The notes under the pieces: generated by a model
Seen by the model: only the letters and a program-made list of their open reading frames with translations
What the model was told of the DNA's origin: nothing
Database searches by the model: none
Program-made: the position numbers and the translations under genes
In this document: positions 23,251 to 36,959 of the stretch, piece after piece
Numbering within the stretch: position 1 is the stretch's first letter
Layout of the letters: each line of letters begins with the position of its first letter
Source of the DNA: Felis catus
Lineage: Eukaryota
Length of the DNA: 64,000 bases
Assembly (NCBI RefSeq): GCF_018350175.1
Contig: NC_058369.1
Location: 28,026,001-28,090,000 of the forward strand
Reading direction: 5' to 3'

Positions 23251-23716
23251 GGTTGCTGAACTTTTGGTCTTTTCAGGCCAGGATGCAACCCTGGTTCTGG
23301 GGATGGAGTCTTCTTCCTATAATCCTATCATGGAGGGGTGGATGCCTACACAAAATAAGATTCTCTTGGGAAGGAATCTGGGAAACTATGGTAGAGCCCC
23401 TTCTTAAGGAATGTGGTGGAGGCCATCTCAGAACAAAGCAAGGCAACTTGCAATGTGGCCCAATCAACTCCTATACACATATGCATAACTCTGACACGAC
23501 TCTGTAACTTGGACTGTGTCCCATCAGACTATATGCGTCACCATATATGGAAGACAAAGAAGTAGAAATTGTATAAAAAGCTACACCCCACTGTGCCTGG
23601 GGCTCAGCCTTTTTGGGGTCTTAGCCTACTAAGCCCCTGCCGGGGTGAATAAAGCAGCTTGCTGGAAGGAAGAGCATTGGTGTCCCACCTCTTTGTGCGA
23701 GAACCCTGCTATAAAA
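23251..23716 (+). mobile_element. ERV1-class solo LTR (probably carnivore-specific)
   Basis: CCAAT 23460, TATAAAA 23572, R-like ctggggctcagcctttt, AATAAA 23648, U5 ending gaaccctgctataa; 5' boundary approximate. Confidence 0.7.
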
Positions 23717-25005
23717 CTTTCAGGTAATTCACTAAGAAGGTAGACCATAGCATCTCTCCCACAAAAACACAGTCACGGGGAGCTCTTCTAGTACCTGGTA
23801 TTCAAGTGCTCTGCAGGTTGATATCGAACATCTCTACTTCTCCCACACAAGGTCTCCCTGAAATGACTTTCCCTATACACCATCTAGTCCCTATTTTAAG
23901 TAAAACCACTTAAAATAAACTTTTCAAAATCAGTTAAAATCACCCAGGCATTTTTCCTAGTTTAATGTTGTCTAAATCTAGATGAAAACAATTAAACTTC
24001 AAGTTTGCCCTTAATTTTAATTTTGCTTATCCTTGTACAAGATTCCAGAAGCAAGCCTGTTCCCTCCAGGCAAAGAAAGACTGATATTGAAAGAGAGTAT
24101 AGAGACAGTGGCAGTGTTAGTGTGCTGGGTGGTGGGTTAAGAAAACATTTTCAGGACAAAAGCTTGAAATAAATTTGAGTGCCATAAGCAAACTCAAAGG
24201 AAGCAACAAGTGACAAAATGGCTAATTGGAGAGGAAACCTCCAATTTTCTTCCTAGTATTTTAATCGTGGCAGAGTCTCCAATAAGGAAAGATTTTAACA
24301 GGTGCACACAAACTATGATGCTTTTTACTGGTGACTTAAATTCAAATGTTAAACCTTGCCCAATCACTGTAATGGGACTAATGACTATATATTCTGAATG
24401 TTACATTTGAATAAGGTGGCAATTATCTTCTGGGTATCAATTTCAGACATTCACATAAATCTTAAAAAAAAATGATAAAGTTACTGACCTAAACATATCC
24501 AATCAAATAAAAAGAAATATGCATTTTTATAAATACTGTGCTATAAATTTAAAATTACGTGTAACATAAAAGGAAAGATGGATAATTCTAATCAGGGAGA
24601 TATAAATGTGAAACGGAGGAACATATAAATATTTTAAACTTTATGATAATTCTTTAAAATTGCCCATATTTTTATATCAGCAAATATTGCCTCAAGGACT
24701 CAACTGAAACCCAAATCACCCATTTAACTCATTTATTAAATAAAACATGTTCAATTATACACTAGAACTAATGATATGGACAGAATCGAAACAGAGCTAC
24801 AAAGTTCAGTGAGAACAGGGAAAATTAGTGAAAGTCATTTGACTTGTTATCTGTGTGACCAGGGAAACCTGAAACATGCTTGTTTTTCTCCGTTCTGCAG
24901 ACTCAGGGCTTCCCCAACCAAAAATTACAGTTACCCTATCTTTTGCCATGTGGTACCCATCTTACAAAGAATGGATAGCCAAAATCTCATTTAATTCATA
25001 TAGCA

Positions 25006-25231
25006 TTTTTATTTATTTTTGATTTTTTTAAGTTTATTTATTTTTGAGAGAAGGAGAAACAGAGTGTGAGCAGGGGAAGGGCAGAGAGAGAGGGACACAC
25101 AGAATCCGAAGCAGGCTCAGAGTTGTTAGCATAGAACCTGACATGGGGCTTGAACTCACAAACCATGAACCACAAGATCATGGCCTAAGCCAATGTCAGA
25201 CACTTAACCAACTGAGCCACCCAGGCCCCCC
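25006..25231 (-). mobile_element. Can-SINE
   Basis: SINE body with poly-T tail on plus strand. Confidence 0.93.
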
Positions 25232-25239
25232 AAATCACT

Positions 25240-25350
25240 TTGAAAGAGAGGTTTTACTATTTCCATTTTAGAGATGAAGAATCCATTTAGAGATGAGGGA
25301 TCCATTAACTTGTCCAAGACTATAGAACTACTAAGTGTCAGAAGAACTCC
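25240..25350 (-). mobile_element. MIR relic
   Basis: ccattttagagatga...taacttgtccaagactatagaactactaagtg. Confidence 0.65.
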
Positions 25351-26299
25351 CAAGTCTACATGGAAATTGCTACAGTCCAAGGACTTCCTACATATAAAAG
25401 GAATCCATCTCAACACTGATGCCACATCCACAGAATTTTTTAGAAATATACTTGTCGAATCGTAGTCCATACAGAGCTTGTGTCCCCAATGCCTTTTTTT
25501 AATTACATATTTCCAGGTAAGTATGATGCCTTCTGAGTACACAACACTCCTAGTCTCTATATTACCAGAGATCCTAGACTACCACAGAACTGAAACTCCT
25601 GTGGTTCTGTTTGTTTGTTTTTCGTAATAGGACTTCATATTGGTATTATAAGCACTGAAATAAATAGCATGCCTACAAGGTTAAGGTACATTCACACATG
25701 TTACCACATGTGACATTACATTCACCTGGGCAAGGATGTTAGGGAAAGACTGGTTATAATGTTCACTTAAGGCCTGAGCCAACAGGCACAAAGGAAGCCC
25801 CAGCTTCTTAGAACTTGGAGGCAATTCAAACATTATATTACTGAATCCTTGTGTGTGATTTACAAGCAGTTATGGTCCAGAGAGATACACTGACTTTTCC
25901 GAGATCACTCAGCTAAGAAACAAGGGCACTAATCATAATTCAGCTCCTTCAATTCTAGATGCAATGAATTACTTCTAGCAACACTCCACCCCAGGCCTGC
26001 CTCCAGCTTCCTTTCCTTATGGCCAGCAATGTTGTACCATTATTTTCACTTTGCCAATCACAAGGATGCTAGAGAGAACAAGAATTTTAGAGCCTGAAGA
26101 TTCCTACTGGGTAACTTTGAGTACCTCCTGAAGGCAAGATACATATTATGTTGTTAGAGAGACCTCAGTAAGTCCCAAAAGCTACAGAAAATGAAGCTCA
26201 GAGAGGTGACAAGAATTGCCCCAGGTCACACTGCAGGCTGGAAACAAGGCGAGAACCTGAGGTCTCCAAACACCGCCCTTAGAGGCTGAGCTCCCCTGG

Positions 26300-26680
26300 A
26301 ATGGTTCTCCACCTGCAGTCAAGTTCATAGTTTTGGTCTCCATTCTGTTTTTCCTGTACTTTCATTGGGCATCTATTTTCTTTATGTCTGCTCAGTTTGT
26401 CCTTAAGTGACTTTGATTTAAATGGAAATGTTCTATCTCTGCTATAACTAGAAAACCAGTATCATCTCCCAGAGATAGACAGTTAACCCCTGTTAACCTC
26501 GAAACAAAAGAGATATCAAACTCTGCTAGAAGGGATCCCCGCCTGAGGCTCAGAGCCTGGGGCCTGTGCATGGCTCTGTAAAAAGGAAGCTTAGCCTGCC
26601 TTAGAAAACTTCTCCTTGGCTAATGAGAAGGGCTTAAAGATGAGAAAGAGAGTAACTTCCCAAACTTGCCAAAAATGCCC
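26300..26680. mobile_element. hAT-Charlie-like DNA transposon relic
   Basis: tagaaaaccagtatcat...gaggctcagagcctggggcctg...tgtaaaaagg...acttctccttggctaatgagaagg resembles an old Charlie-family non-autonomous element; subfamily uncertain. Confidence 0.55.
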
Positions 26681-26749
26681 CTTAGAATAGTGGTTTCCAA
26701 GCTTGCTTTGAGCCACAGAACCCTCTGTTCAGATAATAACACTAACAAC

Positions 26750-26960
26750 AATGTGCTGCTGACAACAGCTATTTGCATCAGGATACGTCAGGCATCTAAA
26801 TACAAGCCAATGTGATATTGACAAATATGAACTCATTTACTCTTCATAACAAACCTGGGATGCACAGAGAGGCTAAGTGACTAGCCCAAAGTCTCACTGC
26901 TATTGAGGGATGACCTGGAATTTAATCCCTGGAGATCTAACTTGAGTCCCTGCTCTAGAG
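26750..26960 (-). mobile_element. MIR relic
   Basis: aactcatttactcttcataacaaacct...gcacagagaggctaagtgactagcccaaagtctcac. Confidence 0.75.
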
Positions 26961-28525
26961 AGGACCCAGACTGCCTCTTAGAATCTCAGTTATCAGCAGT
27001 CAACAACACAGCAGTTCTAGTTGAAAAGGGATTAAAGAGCTGAAAAATCTGCTTCTTTCCCCTTCCCAAAGAGGTGCTGCTAAACAGTTATAAACGAACA
27101 GCAAGGGAAGGACAAATGAATCCACTCTATGGCTTGATTTGATTAAAGATAACTCATATTTTACTTCTTGACTTTTTGCTTCATGGTAATCACTTTCAAC
27201 TCTCTTCTCATTTTTCTTGGCTGACGACATCTTGGTACACTCTCGTCTTTACTCATAAACATGGGTTACTGTGTCAATACCTTAACACATTAGAAATCCC
27301 TTGGTGAGTAAGGTTTTCCTTTTTTCTTTGAGTATGAGGCATCAGTGAAGTGCATTTGAGGATCGTGAGCATTCTACGTATTTATGAATTCACACTAAAT
27401 GAAGGTGACTAGACTGTTCCCCTTGTGTTAAATATATCCCTTATTCTTATTCTTAATACTTATCAAAGAATATACCAGCAGTTTATATCCAGAGTAAAAT
27501 AGCAAACCGGTTTTTTTTTTCATATTATTCATGCATGTATTTTTATAGATGATTAAAGAAAGAAAAACACATGCTGGAAATGTAGATATATGAAGGCATG
27601 TTGCATATTTTATAATTATATTTTATTGCATTCTGTTAAGTGGCCAGAGGGTTTTCAGAAAGCAAAAGATGCTTCCAAATTAAGTTATTATTATTAAACC
27701 CCTTAAGCCTCATATTCAGTTTAGACTGTCACTAGAAATGTTTGATAAATTAAATAATATACAGTATATAAGCATTAGACATACTTTAATAGATTTAAAA
27801 TAATTTCCTTACACCATATGTAAGTGCAAACAGAGACCTGGAATGTTGGAAATATGCTTTTCCTTTAGTGAAAGTGTTTTGTTTTAAATTTGTTTTTTAG
27901 AAATCTAATTAATGAAAGCTACAGAGCAATAATCTAGCATAAAGAAATGCCTTGAGAGTTGGGTTTAACACTTACCTCTCTAAATTTATTCTGTTGCTAA
28001 AAATGATTTTTTTTACTTTGAGTCTAATAGGATTTGTTGAATAAAATAATGTAGATATGTAGCTAAATTTCCAATAGTAAAAGAAATTTCCAATGTAATA
28101 AACCAAACCAAAGGGGAATTAATAATACAGAGTCAAACTACAGTGGCTATTTCAGAACAAAATTGAATCACTGTCCCTTGTCCAGAGAGGGAGGGCATTT
28201 ATGGGAGGAGTGGGGACCAGGAGGAAGATGAGTCTTACAGGATAATCATGTTATGTTACACTTTTATTGGATGTACTTACATTTGGACTATACAATTTTT
28301 CTTGAAATGTTTCCAAATGTATGTAATCATCAGCCATGTAATGGTAGGTTTCTACCTAAATTTTGCAAAGGGGAAAGGATGCAAATATATCTAGTGTAGG
28401 CATTTCCTCAAAGCAGATAAGAACTTGATGATTAGCTAGCAATACATTTACCAACATCCTAAATCTTACATGTATGCCCCCCTCCATCTCAGTAATTGCC
28501 AATTACTATGTATTGAAAAAATGCA

Positions 28526-28746
28526 GGGCGCCTGGGTGGCTCAGTCTGTTGAGCATCGGACTTCGGCTCAGGTCATGATCTCACGGTTGATGAGTTCAAG
28601 CCCCGCTTCGGGCTCTGTGCTGACAGCTCAGAGCCTGGAGCCTGCTTCTGATTCTGTGTCTCCCTCTCTCTCTGCCCCTCCCCCACTCATGCTCTGTCTT
28701 TCACTGTCTCAAAAATAAACATAAACATTAAAAAACACATATTTAA
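28526..28746 (+). mobile_element. Can-SINE (SINEC_Fc)
   Basis: Full body; TSD-like aaaaaa(t/c)gcag flanks. Confidence 0.96.
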
Positions 28747-29079
28747 GAAAAAAACGCAGTGTCCCTCCACAGAATTCTCTGCCTTTGCCAGGAGCTACTA
28801 GTAACACTGAGCACCAACTGAGGGATGGAGCTAGAGTACATGTTCCTGCTCTGTGGCCCACATCCCCACTTTGCTAAAGAAGACACCAAAGGATCCAAGA
28901 CCAAAGGATCACCTCCATGTTTTCCACCAGCTTTCTATTACTCATGGATGCCAATACTTGACAAGTAACCTTCTACCTTACAGATTAAAATTTGATAGAC
29001 TCAAGCAATGTTAATTATGTAAGTGAGAGGAGACATGAAGTAGAAGATACAGGAAATGAATACCAGGAAAATCAGGCTG

Positions 29080-29622
29080 AAGTTCTCCTCTTCACTGAGG
29101 ACTCCTCAGCCATCACACGTATATCAGAGCACTGCCCATCCTCCTTCCTGCTTTTATTTTTCTCCCTAAAATTTACCACACTATAACATATTACCTACTT
29201 TATACCTCATCTTCTTTACTGTTTTCTGTATCTCCTACAAGATGTGCTTCACAAGGGAAGGGTTTGGGGTTGTTTTTGCCACTGCTGTGTCCCCAGCAGG
29301 AATCACGGATGCCTATCTTATTTACAATGAATTCTGAGACCTAGCCCTCGACTCTGTCACCTTTTTTAGTTAAGTGTCAGATGGCAGATGTTTCAGGCTT
29401 TGTAAACCATATATTTCTCTATTAATTCTGCCATTGTAGGACAAAGGTAGCCATATACAATATATAAATAAATGGACATGGCTGTTTTCCAATAAATCGT
29501 TATGTGCGAAAACAGCCAGAGGGTCGATCTGGCCCAGAGCAGTAGTCTGCCAACACCGATCCAGACCACGCCTTGCATATGGTAGGTGGTGAATAAATGT
29601 TCAAGTTAGTAAATAAATAAAT
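29080..29622 (+). mobile_element. L2 3' relic interrupted by MER58
   Basis: tttttgccactgctgtgtccccagca ... ccttgcatatggtaggtggtgaataaatgttc terminus. Confidence 0.65.
29350..29558. mobile_element. MER58A (hAT-Charlie)
   Basis: ctgccattgtaggacaaaggtagccatatacaatatataaataaatggacatggctgttttccaataaa...gatctggcccagagcagtagtctgccaacacc. Confidence 0.85.
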
Positions 29623-29989
29623 GTGATATCACAAAGGCAGCCAGGTCTCCTGTTTATTACCCAGATCAAGGTAAACCCTTGTAAAAGGTGACCACAAACA
29701 ATCTTTAAGGTAACAGGTATTACATGACATTAAAAGCTGAGCAGGTAAATAAAACCTACAGTTTGTCTGAAATGATAGGGGATGGTCTTCACAGAAGGAG
29801 AACCAGTCACCTGTCACCAATTGGTCTAAGTTTTATTTTGGAGGAGAATATCCTGCTTGCATGTGACATGTGACCATGGAGAAAAAGAACAAAGAAGAAG
29901 AGCATTTTACTCCTGTTCTAATTAAGAGTACCTTTGCACAGATTGGTAGGGGTAAGTCTCAAGCACTGGGTATAAACTTCCTTCTTTAG

Positions 29990-30150
29990 AGGCCAGACTT
30001 CCTCAAAATATTAGAACTACCTGGGAGCTTCTGTAAAGTGCAGAATCTTGGGACTCATTTCATATTTACTCCGGGAATCTCCCAAGGGGTAAAGAGGCCA
30101 AGAATATGGATTTTTAAGCACAAAGTGTAAGACTATTATATACTGTCTGA
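29990..30150. mobile_element. MER5-like relic
   Basis: attagaactacctgggagcttctgtaaagtgcagaatcttggg...ccaagaatatggatttttaagc. Confidence 0.6.
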
Positions 30151-30165
30151 ATGACCTGCCACCAC

Positions 30166-30632
30166 TATATTAGGGTCCCAGAAGAAACAGAATCCAACTC
30201 AGATGGTTCAAATGAAGAGACAGCAACAAGAGAATTGTTAACAGAAGAGCAGGCAGGGAAAGGAACCAATAAAGAAAGTGGATCCACTCAGAGAGTAGCA
30301 ACAGCAGGAAGTCATGGCATCCCTACACCTCAAAGGGCAAAGGAGACCATGGTGATACGAGGGCCCGGTGAAGGCTGGAGCATGGATCAGGGGCAACCAG
30401 ACAGGGTAGCCATTGCCAACTGTAGCGCCCATAAGGGAAGAAGTAGGAGAACCCCAAAAGCTTTCTGCTCCAGTCTTCTGATTTCCTGCCTGACCATCAT
30501 ATCCATCAACCTCAGATTCAATGTGTAAGCAAGCGTGGAATCCACAGGACAGAAATGGCAGAGGCTAGACACAGAGTAAGGCTGAAGGGATAAAGACAGA
30601 GATGTGGGCGAGAATGGCAGAATAACCAACAC
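30166..30632 (-). mobile_element. ERVL solo LTR (LTR33/LTR41-like)
   Basis: tatattagggtcccagaagaaacagaatccaactcagatggttcaaatgaagagac...tagcaacagcaggaag...gagaatggcagaataaccaacaca. Confidence 0.7.
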
Positions 30633-32574
30633 ACCGATCAATGGCGATCAAAACAAAACCATCCTTGCGGAATATAAATATCTCCAGTTCCATGCCCTCC
30701 ACAAAGGAGATTACCAAAAAGACCACCAGTAATCAGGACGTTCCCCACAGGTACACAATAACCTATCCCAACCCCAAATTTTGTCTTGATTTATGCTGCG
30801 GTCTTGGTTACGGGCAGCTTCCTCACCCAGGTCACAGTCTTCAAAAATTGGAACCAACATTACCCCGAGTCAGCAATAAATGAAAATGGTACCTTTAACT
30901 TCAAATTATAAGGTAACACATTGATGAATAACCATGGCATGATTTGTCGATTCAGGACCTCAATGCACAATGGAAGAATCCATCCATTATCTGTTCAACG
31001 TAATTCTTTCATCCCAGCAACTTTAAAAACAACGGAGGAAAGTTACTGTCCCTTAGTAAAGCCTTTTGAATTTCATATGCATTTAATTAGGTAACTGCCA
31101 GCTCAAGGACGAGAACCATGACAAATAGTTGTTCTTTTCAAATTAGAAGAATAGACTGTTGAAAGAGCAATATTGATGTTACACTTACTTATACAGGAGT
31201 TTTGTACTTTTTTTTTCAGTTTAGCTAACCATTTTAAATTTTAATAAAGCTTTTGTGACCACCATTCTCTTAAGAATTCTAGCCACTAGCTTTTAAGAAA
31301 CAGCCAAGAGCAGCCTCTCTGTGTGCAAAAAACACCTTGTTCCTCGCCAGAGGCTCCTTGACCATCTGCACTGCTACTGGAGTGTTTTAACAAGACCATC
31401 TTTAGAAGCAAACAGAATATGGATCACCAGACAATGCCTCTACTAATCGTAAAAGAAGTGCTCTAACTAAACCCACAGTAATGATCCTAGCCCAGGTGCT
31501 CAGAAAAAGGTAGAGCTCATTTATTTAACTAAGGAACAATCTGAAGGGCACTAAATGGGTTAGGACTTGGGGAGGGGGCTTGATGGGTAGCTAGCAGCAC
31601 AAAGTACAGAACCTTGAGACTACACGGCTCTCCTATCTGCATTCTTGCCTTTTCTCAAAGGGCATCCAAGCAAAGTGGAACACTGAGAACAAAGCTGTCC
31701 AGCCCTATCTGCCATGCTTCCTTCTAGCCACGCTCCCCTCCTCTGATGCCCCCCCACCCCTCCACACATATGTGAACAAACTCAGAAGATCAGACATACA
31801 TTTTGTAGCTACTGATAAATATATGTTTTTATATTTCTATACATCTTTAAAATTTTTTGTATTGCATTTGGTAAGTAAACATCTCTACGAGAGATAAGAA
31901 ACACAAGGGAAAAACTTGGTATGATCAAAATTAAAAATTCATTGCCTCATAATTTCAAATAGTAATTTATAGCTGATGGTGGTAAGCAAACATACTGGAT
32001 ATAGGCTCTGATGTTTTTATTAATATACTTAGCAAAGATGGCTATGGAACATGACAATAAAATATTTCCAATCTCCAGGTCTTTTTGATAATTCACTCTG
32101 TGTTTTACAAACAATCAGGCTCCCAGGTTTCGAAGGGATTCTAAGCACATCGCTCAGACTGACAGAGCAAGTATTCCAGACAATTGGTTCCCTGAGGGTC
32201 AAGACAGTGATGCTCGATCAGGATTCAAACGGGTCATAAACCCTTCATGGATCTCTCTCAAGTGGGTGGTGATGTCTCCCTAGGGCCGCTCATCATTTGC
32301 TGCTACAGTCAAGCACTTGTCATTATAGACAAACACCCCGTCAGTCTTAGGCACTCATCCAATCAAGTTTGACTGCAACCAGGGAAGAGGACCAGTGGTA
32401 TAAAGAAGTCCAAAGAGAAAAATTAGGCATGCGTGCCTACCCAGGCATGACTGCTCGCTACACACTTCAATTCTGTATCTGTGCTTGCAGCATGGCCACA
32501 GAACTCTGCACCTGTTTATCTACTATGATTACAGGCATCCAAACCATCCAGGGACCATATATGTCAAAAGCCCT

Positions 32575-32760
32575 AAAACACCAAACCCATTTCTAGAAAT
32601 TTATCCTAAGGAAATAATTGGACAAGTGCCTAAAAGATGTATGTACAAGGTTGTTCATTGCTGTGTTCTTTACAGAAGCACAAGATTGGAAACACATCAA
32701 TCTCAGTTTCGCTGTCCACCGAGTTAGATTACAAAATCTTATTTACACCTGTTACAATTA
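32575..32760 (+). mobile_element. Old L1ME ORF2-end relic
   Basis: ccatttctagaaatttatcctaaggaaataatt...atgtacaaggttgttcattgctgtgtt. Confidence 0.7.
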
Positions 32761-32865
32761 TATCTTGCCACCTACGACCAGGAGCAGACTAAAGGTGGCT
32801 TTCAGCTAAAGGAACATCACAGTGCTCACTGTCTTGGAAAACAGAAATCCAGTGTTGTATGTATT

Positions 32866-33115
32866 TTGTTTTTAAATGTTTATTTCTAAAAGAGAGAGAG
32901 AGAGAAAGGGAGAGAGACAGAGACAGAGACAGAGACAGAGAAAGGGAGAGAGAGAGAGTAGGGGAAGGGCAGAGAGAGATGGAGACAGAGGATTTGAAGT
33001 GGGCTCTTTGCTGAACAGCAGACAGCCTGATGCAGGGTTCAAACTCATGAACTCTGAGATCATGACCTGAGTCAAAGTCGGACGACACTTAACCGACTAA
33101 GCCACCCAAGCGCCC
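32866..33115 (-). mobile_element. Can-SINE with (GACAGA)n expansion
   Basis: TSD cagtgttgta(tgt/agc)attt at ~32850 and ~33116. Confidence 0.95.
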
Positions 33116-33229
33116 CAGTGTTGTAAGCATTTTAAAGTACAAGTTCCAGCCCCCAGTCCTGTTCACATCCCTTCCCTGAAAGGCAGCCAGACAGAAGTTT
33201 TATTGTATAAACATGGACCAAAAGTCTCC

Positions 33230-33650
33230 TTATTCAAAACTCTTTTAAAACTCCTTATTACCACCAGGACCCTCTGAATACCTTAGCATGGATCTGAGGT
33301 CCTCTACATAAGTCTTGCTTACTTCTCCAACTCAGCTATGGCCACTCCTGACCTCACCTACACTGTGCTCTAGCCACACTGGATTTCAGGAACTACTCTT
33401 AACTTTAGGCCTTTGCATACACTGTCCATTGATTCGGCCCAGAGTGCCCTTCCTTACTCAAAGGCCCAGCTAGCTCCTACTTGTCCTGCATCCCACACAG
33501 GCCTGTCCAGATCTCTCTCTCATTCTTTCCATGTGTGGATTCCAGCACCTCTCCCCCATGTTTTTTGGTACCTTACACATTATATTGCACCTGACCATTT
33601 TCTGATTGGTTTTCCCCACCAGAATATTAAGTACAGTGGAGGCATGGACT
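33230..33650 (+). mobile_element. L2 relic
   Basis: ctagccacactgg...ggcctttgcatacactgtcc...cagagtgcccttcc. Confidence 0.65.
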
Positions 33651-34039
33651 ATAGCTTGTTCTTTTTTCTTTTCTTTTCTTTTCTTTTCTTTCTTTTTTTT
33701 TTTTTTTAAGAAGACAAAGAAAACATTTTTGGGCAATCTCCAACCTCTACTCCCATGGCTGCTCCGAGGTGCTAGGCTTTGGCGGTTTCTTTCTGGCTCC
33801 GGGTTTCTTAATAAAGAAAGCTCCTCCACTGAATTATGCCCTAAGAGCTGTGGCTCATGATTCTCCCACAGTACAAAGACACAGCTGTCCTGAATATACA
33901 TGCCCCTCATCACCAGTTCTGTATGTTATGTACCCCCAAATGAGGGGTGGGTCCAACAAGTTAGGTGCAAAGTAGGGCAAGTACCATTAGGTTATTTTAC
34001 AATTCCATAATGCTTATTAAATGTTATATGTACTTATGT

Positions 34040-34250
34040 GTGTGTACACATATCTATACTGTATTCCATCTGAGCATTTTACATATATTAAGGCATGTAG
34101 GATTCACAGCTACCCTAGGAGACATGTCCTATTATTATCCCCATTTTAGCAAGAGAGGTTAAAAAAATCACCTACAATCTCAAAGCTACTAAATGGCAAA
34201 GCCAGACTTTGAACTGTGTGTGCCCTGAAACACCAAGCTATGCTGCCTTT
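34040..34250 (-). mobile_element. MIR relic
   Basis: ctattattatccccattttagcaagagaggttaa...aagctactaaatggcaaagccagactttgaac. Confidence 0.75.
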
Positions 34251-36646
34251 CCAACATACCCCTGGTGACTCAGCCCCTGGGCATAGGTAAAGGAGATGGT
34301 TACATGAGTGTATCTGAGCAGTGGAAGGAAATTCGAGCACATCCTATCATCAGAGAGAATCCAGGCGGAGTATCAAATAGGCACAGTGGAACAAAAAGTC
34401 ACGAAGATGCAAGGCACAGACTAGCTGAACAGCTACCCCATTCTCCTCCCTGGAGGGGCTGCCTGAGCTGAGAATGGGTGTTAGTAATCACACTACTTCT
34501 GAATCTCAGGTACGCAGCAGAGCCTGTGGGAGCCCACAAGAGGCTGGAGTGATGGCAAGGTCACTCACTGGCTGATTTTCCTCTTATTGCTATCATTCCT
34601 GGGGCTCCCTGGTGTGAAAAGGCAATTGTGTTGGGGAGAACCGCTTTTAGCAATGTAAGACTTTATATTTCTAACTTCTATCCCTTGTCCATCCCTTGAC
34701 TCCCTCCATCTCCAACACAACCAGGAATATGCTCTCCAGAAACAAAGATGACAGAAATAAAGTTAGAGACATAGAGATGCTATCACAGCCAACTCAAAAA
34801 AAAAAAAACATTTTATCCTCCCTTATCTCAAAACCTGGCCTCGCCGACACTGTGTCTGCTCCTAGACGTCACTTAACAAAAGACTTTAAATAAATTGTTC
34901 CTAAAGTTTTTAAAGAAAACTTCGTTTCCAGGATCCTATGACTATGTTCCAAGGTAATAAAATATAAATGAGAATAAAGAACAAGCTAATAAACTGAATT
35001 GAAGGCTGCATTACAATAATAAGGTTTGAGAACCATTTACTAACCACGTGTATCTCACTCCCATGACTTATAACATTGGCTGAATTACTTAACAGGAATG
35101 AGAGCTCCTTTTGCTTCTGTTATCCGATGTAGATGCTTTTTGGAGCTGAACAATGTGACATTTGCTTCAGAGCACTTGTATCTAATCAATACATAATGCT
35201 AAATGTGATTTAAAATCAATTTAATTGTATGCTTGCTCTCTCATAAGTCAAGGGGGAAACAAAGGTAACATTTGAGATATGAAACCATTCAGCTGTATTT
35301 CCCGAAGAAGGCATCGGTCCCTTGCCTCTAATGGAGTCTAAGAGGTAAACACAGTTGTTCCTACTACGAACTTCACATTTGAAAAAGAATCATGCTGGGA
35401 CAGCTAGGATATTGTGTCCTAAAAGGTGTATTTGAACTGTGGTTCTTTTATTTCAAACCATTTAACCACTAAATTTTTTCACTTGTTATAAGAATTTTCC
35501 AAATTATAGGAAATTTGAATAGAAAAAGCATACAACAAATAATAAAGTACATATATTTAACTTCCTAAAGTATTATATACGTAACTATATACTTCTTACT
35601 TCATATATATTGTAGCAATTATACACTTACACACACAGCTAACTCTGAGTGTTTACAATGGTCTGGATTCCATGTGTGTTACCCCTACCATCCATCCACC
35701 TGACCAGTAGTTACTGAATCCCAACTCTGTGCCAGGATATATTGTTTACACTCAAAAAAAAAAAAAAAATAGGCTCAGAGATATTTTAAAAGCACAAAAT
35801 TCAGGACTCAAATATCTGGCAATCCAATCTAGAAACTCTATAGAAAAATGTTTAAACAATTCCAAGAGAGTCACTAAGTTTCACCTAAAATTTTCATATC
35901 TCGTCTTCTTATAAAAATATGTACTAATTACATCAATTGACTATTTGTGGTTAACATAGATATGGCCTCTGAATATTTTTTCTGTCTATATTCAAGGAAC
36001 TGTACAATTGCAGTATGTAAGAAAGAGAATTTTTTAGTGCCTTTTCTAACATCGTCTGAAAACAGAGAGCCCTATACAACACAACCAGGCAGAATCTTGT
36101 ATTTAAAAATGTGGATTTCATTTATACAATTGTGAAATAATAAAGTTGTATGAAAAAACATCTAAAGTACTAGTTGAAGTTAACTGGAATAGAAATATTT
36201 TTGTTTTATTAGAATAAAACCAATGTGAGTTTGCCCATAAAATAATCTCCAAGTTGTAAATTAAAAAAAAAAAAGTAATTCTCAAGAAAATCCCCAATTT
36301 CATGGCTCCTGTGTTAGAAAAGAGACAAAATGACAAAACTTCCACAAACTTAGAATTAAAAATGTCTTCGAATGTTGTCGCAAGCTGAGCAGGAAAAATT
36401 AAATGCACCCAAAGTGTCAAGAGAAATTTTAAGCCATAAGTATATTCGTAAACATGGATCCCATATTATCGTATCTTTGTCTTCCCTCTTGATCAAAGTT
36501 TCAGAGTAAATTCGTTGATGACAGGTCATGTAGTAGTAGATGCCCTGATGATCTCTGCCAGTAACTGATAATGCCTCATTTACTTTCTGGCAAATTACCC
36601 TCTGAAGTTCAAATATGGTTCGCTATGCCTTCGGTAAGGATCGAGA

Positions 36647-36959
36647 ACTGCACTATCCAATAGGGTATAGCCACTAACCATAGGTCACTATGGAGCACAG
36701 GATAGCTGGCCAGCCATATCATGTGCTTTAAGTATAGAATACACACTGGATTTTAAAGTGTCATCAAAGAAAAAGTAATACAAAGTATCTCATTAACTTT
36801 ATACTGATCACATTTTTAAATATTTCAGATATACTGGGTTGAATAAACTACATGAAAATTAATTTTACCTATTTCTTTTTACTTTTTTTGTAACATGGCT
36901 ACTAGTAAACTTAAAAATCACATTTGTGGCTTGTACTTTATTTCTATTGGACAGTGCTT
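36647..36959. mobile_element. MER33 (hAT-Charlie)
   Basis: Termini ctgcactatccaata ... tattggacagtgct; internal aagtatagaatacacactggattttaaag and aaaattaattttacctatttctttttact. Confidence 0.85.

Noticed and set aside
27000..27230. ORF MSSAKKNEKRVESDYHEAKSQE with good Kozak (aagATG)
   Set aside because: Looks protein-like, but I recognise no homolog and see no consensus donor; the remainder reads as random.
28470..28718. Recurrent ORFs with GAWVAQSV...SLEPASDSVSPSLS
   Set aside because: Can-SINE translations recurring throughout the window. The SINE heads are tRNA-derived but are not tRNA genes.
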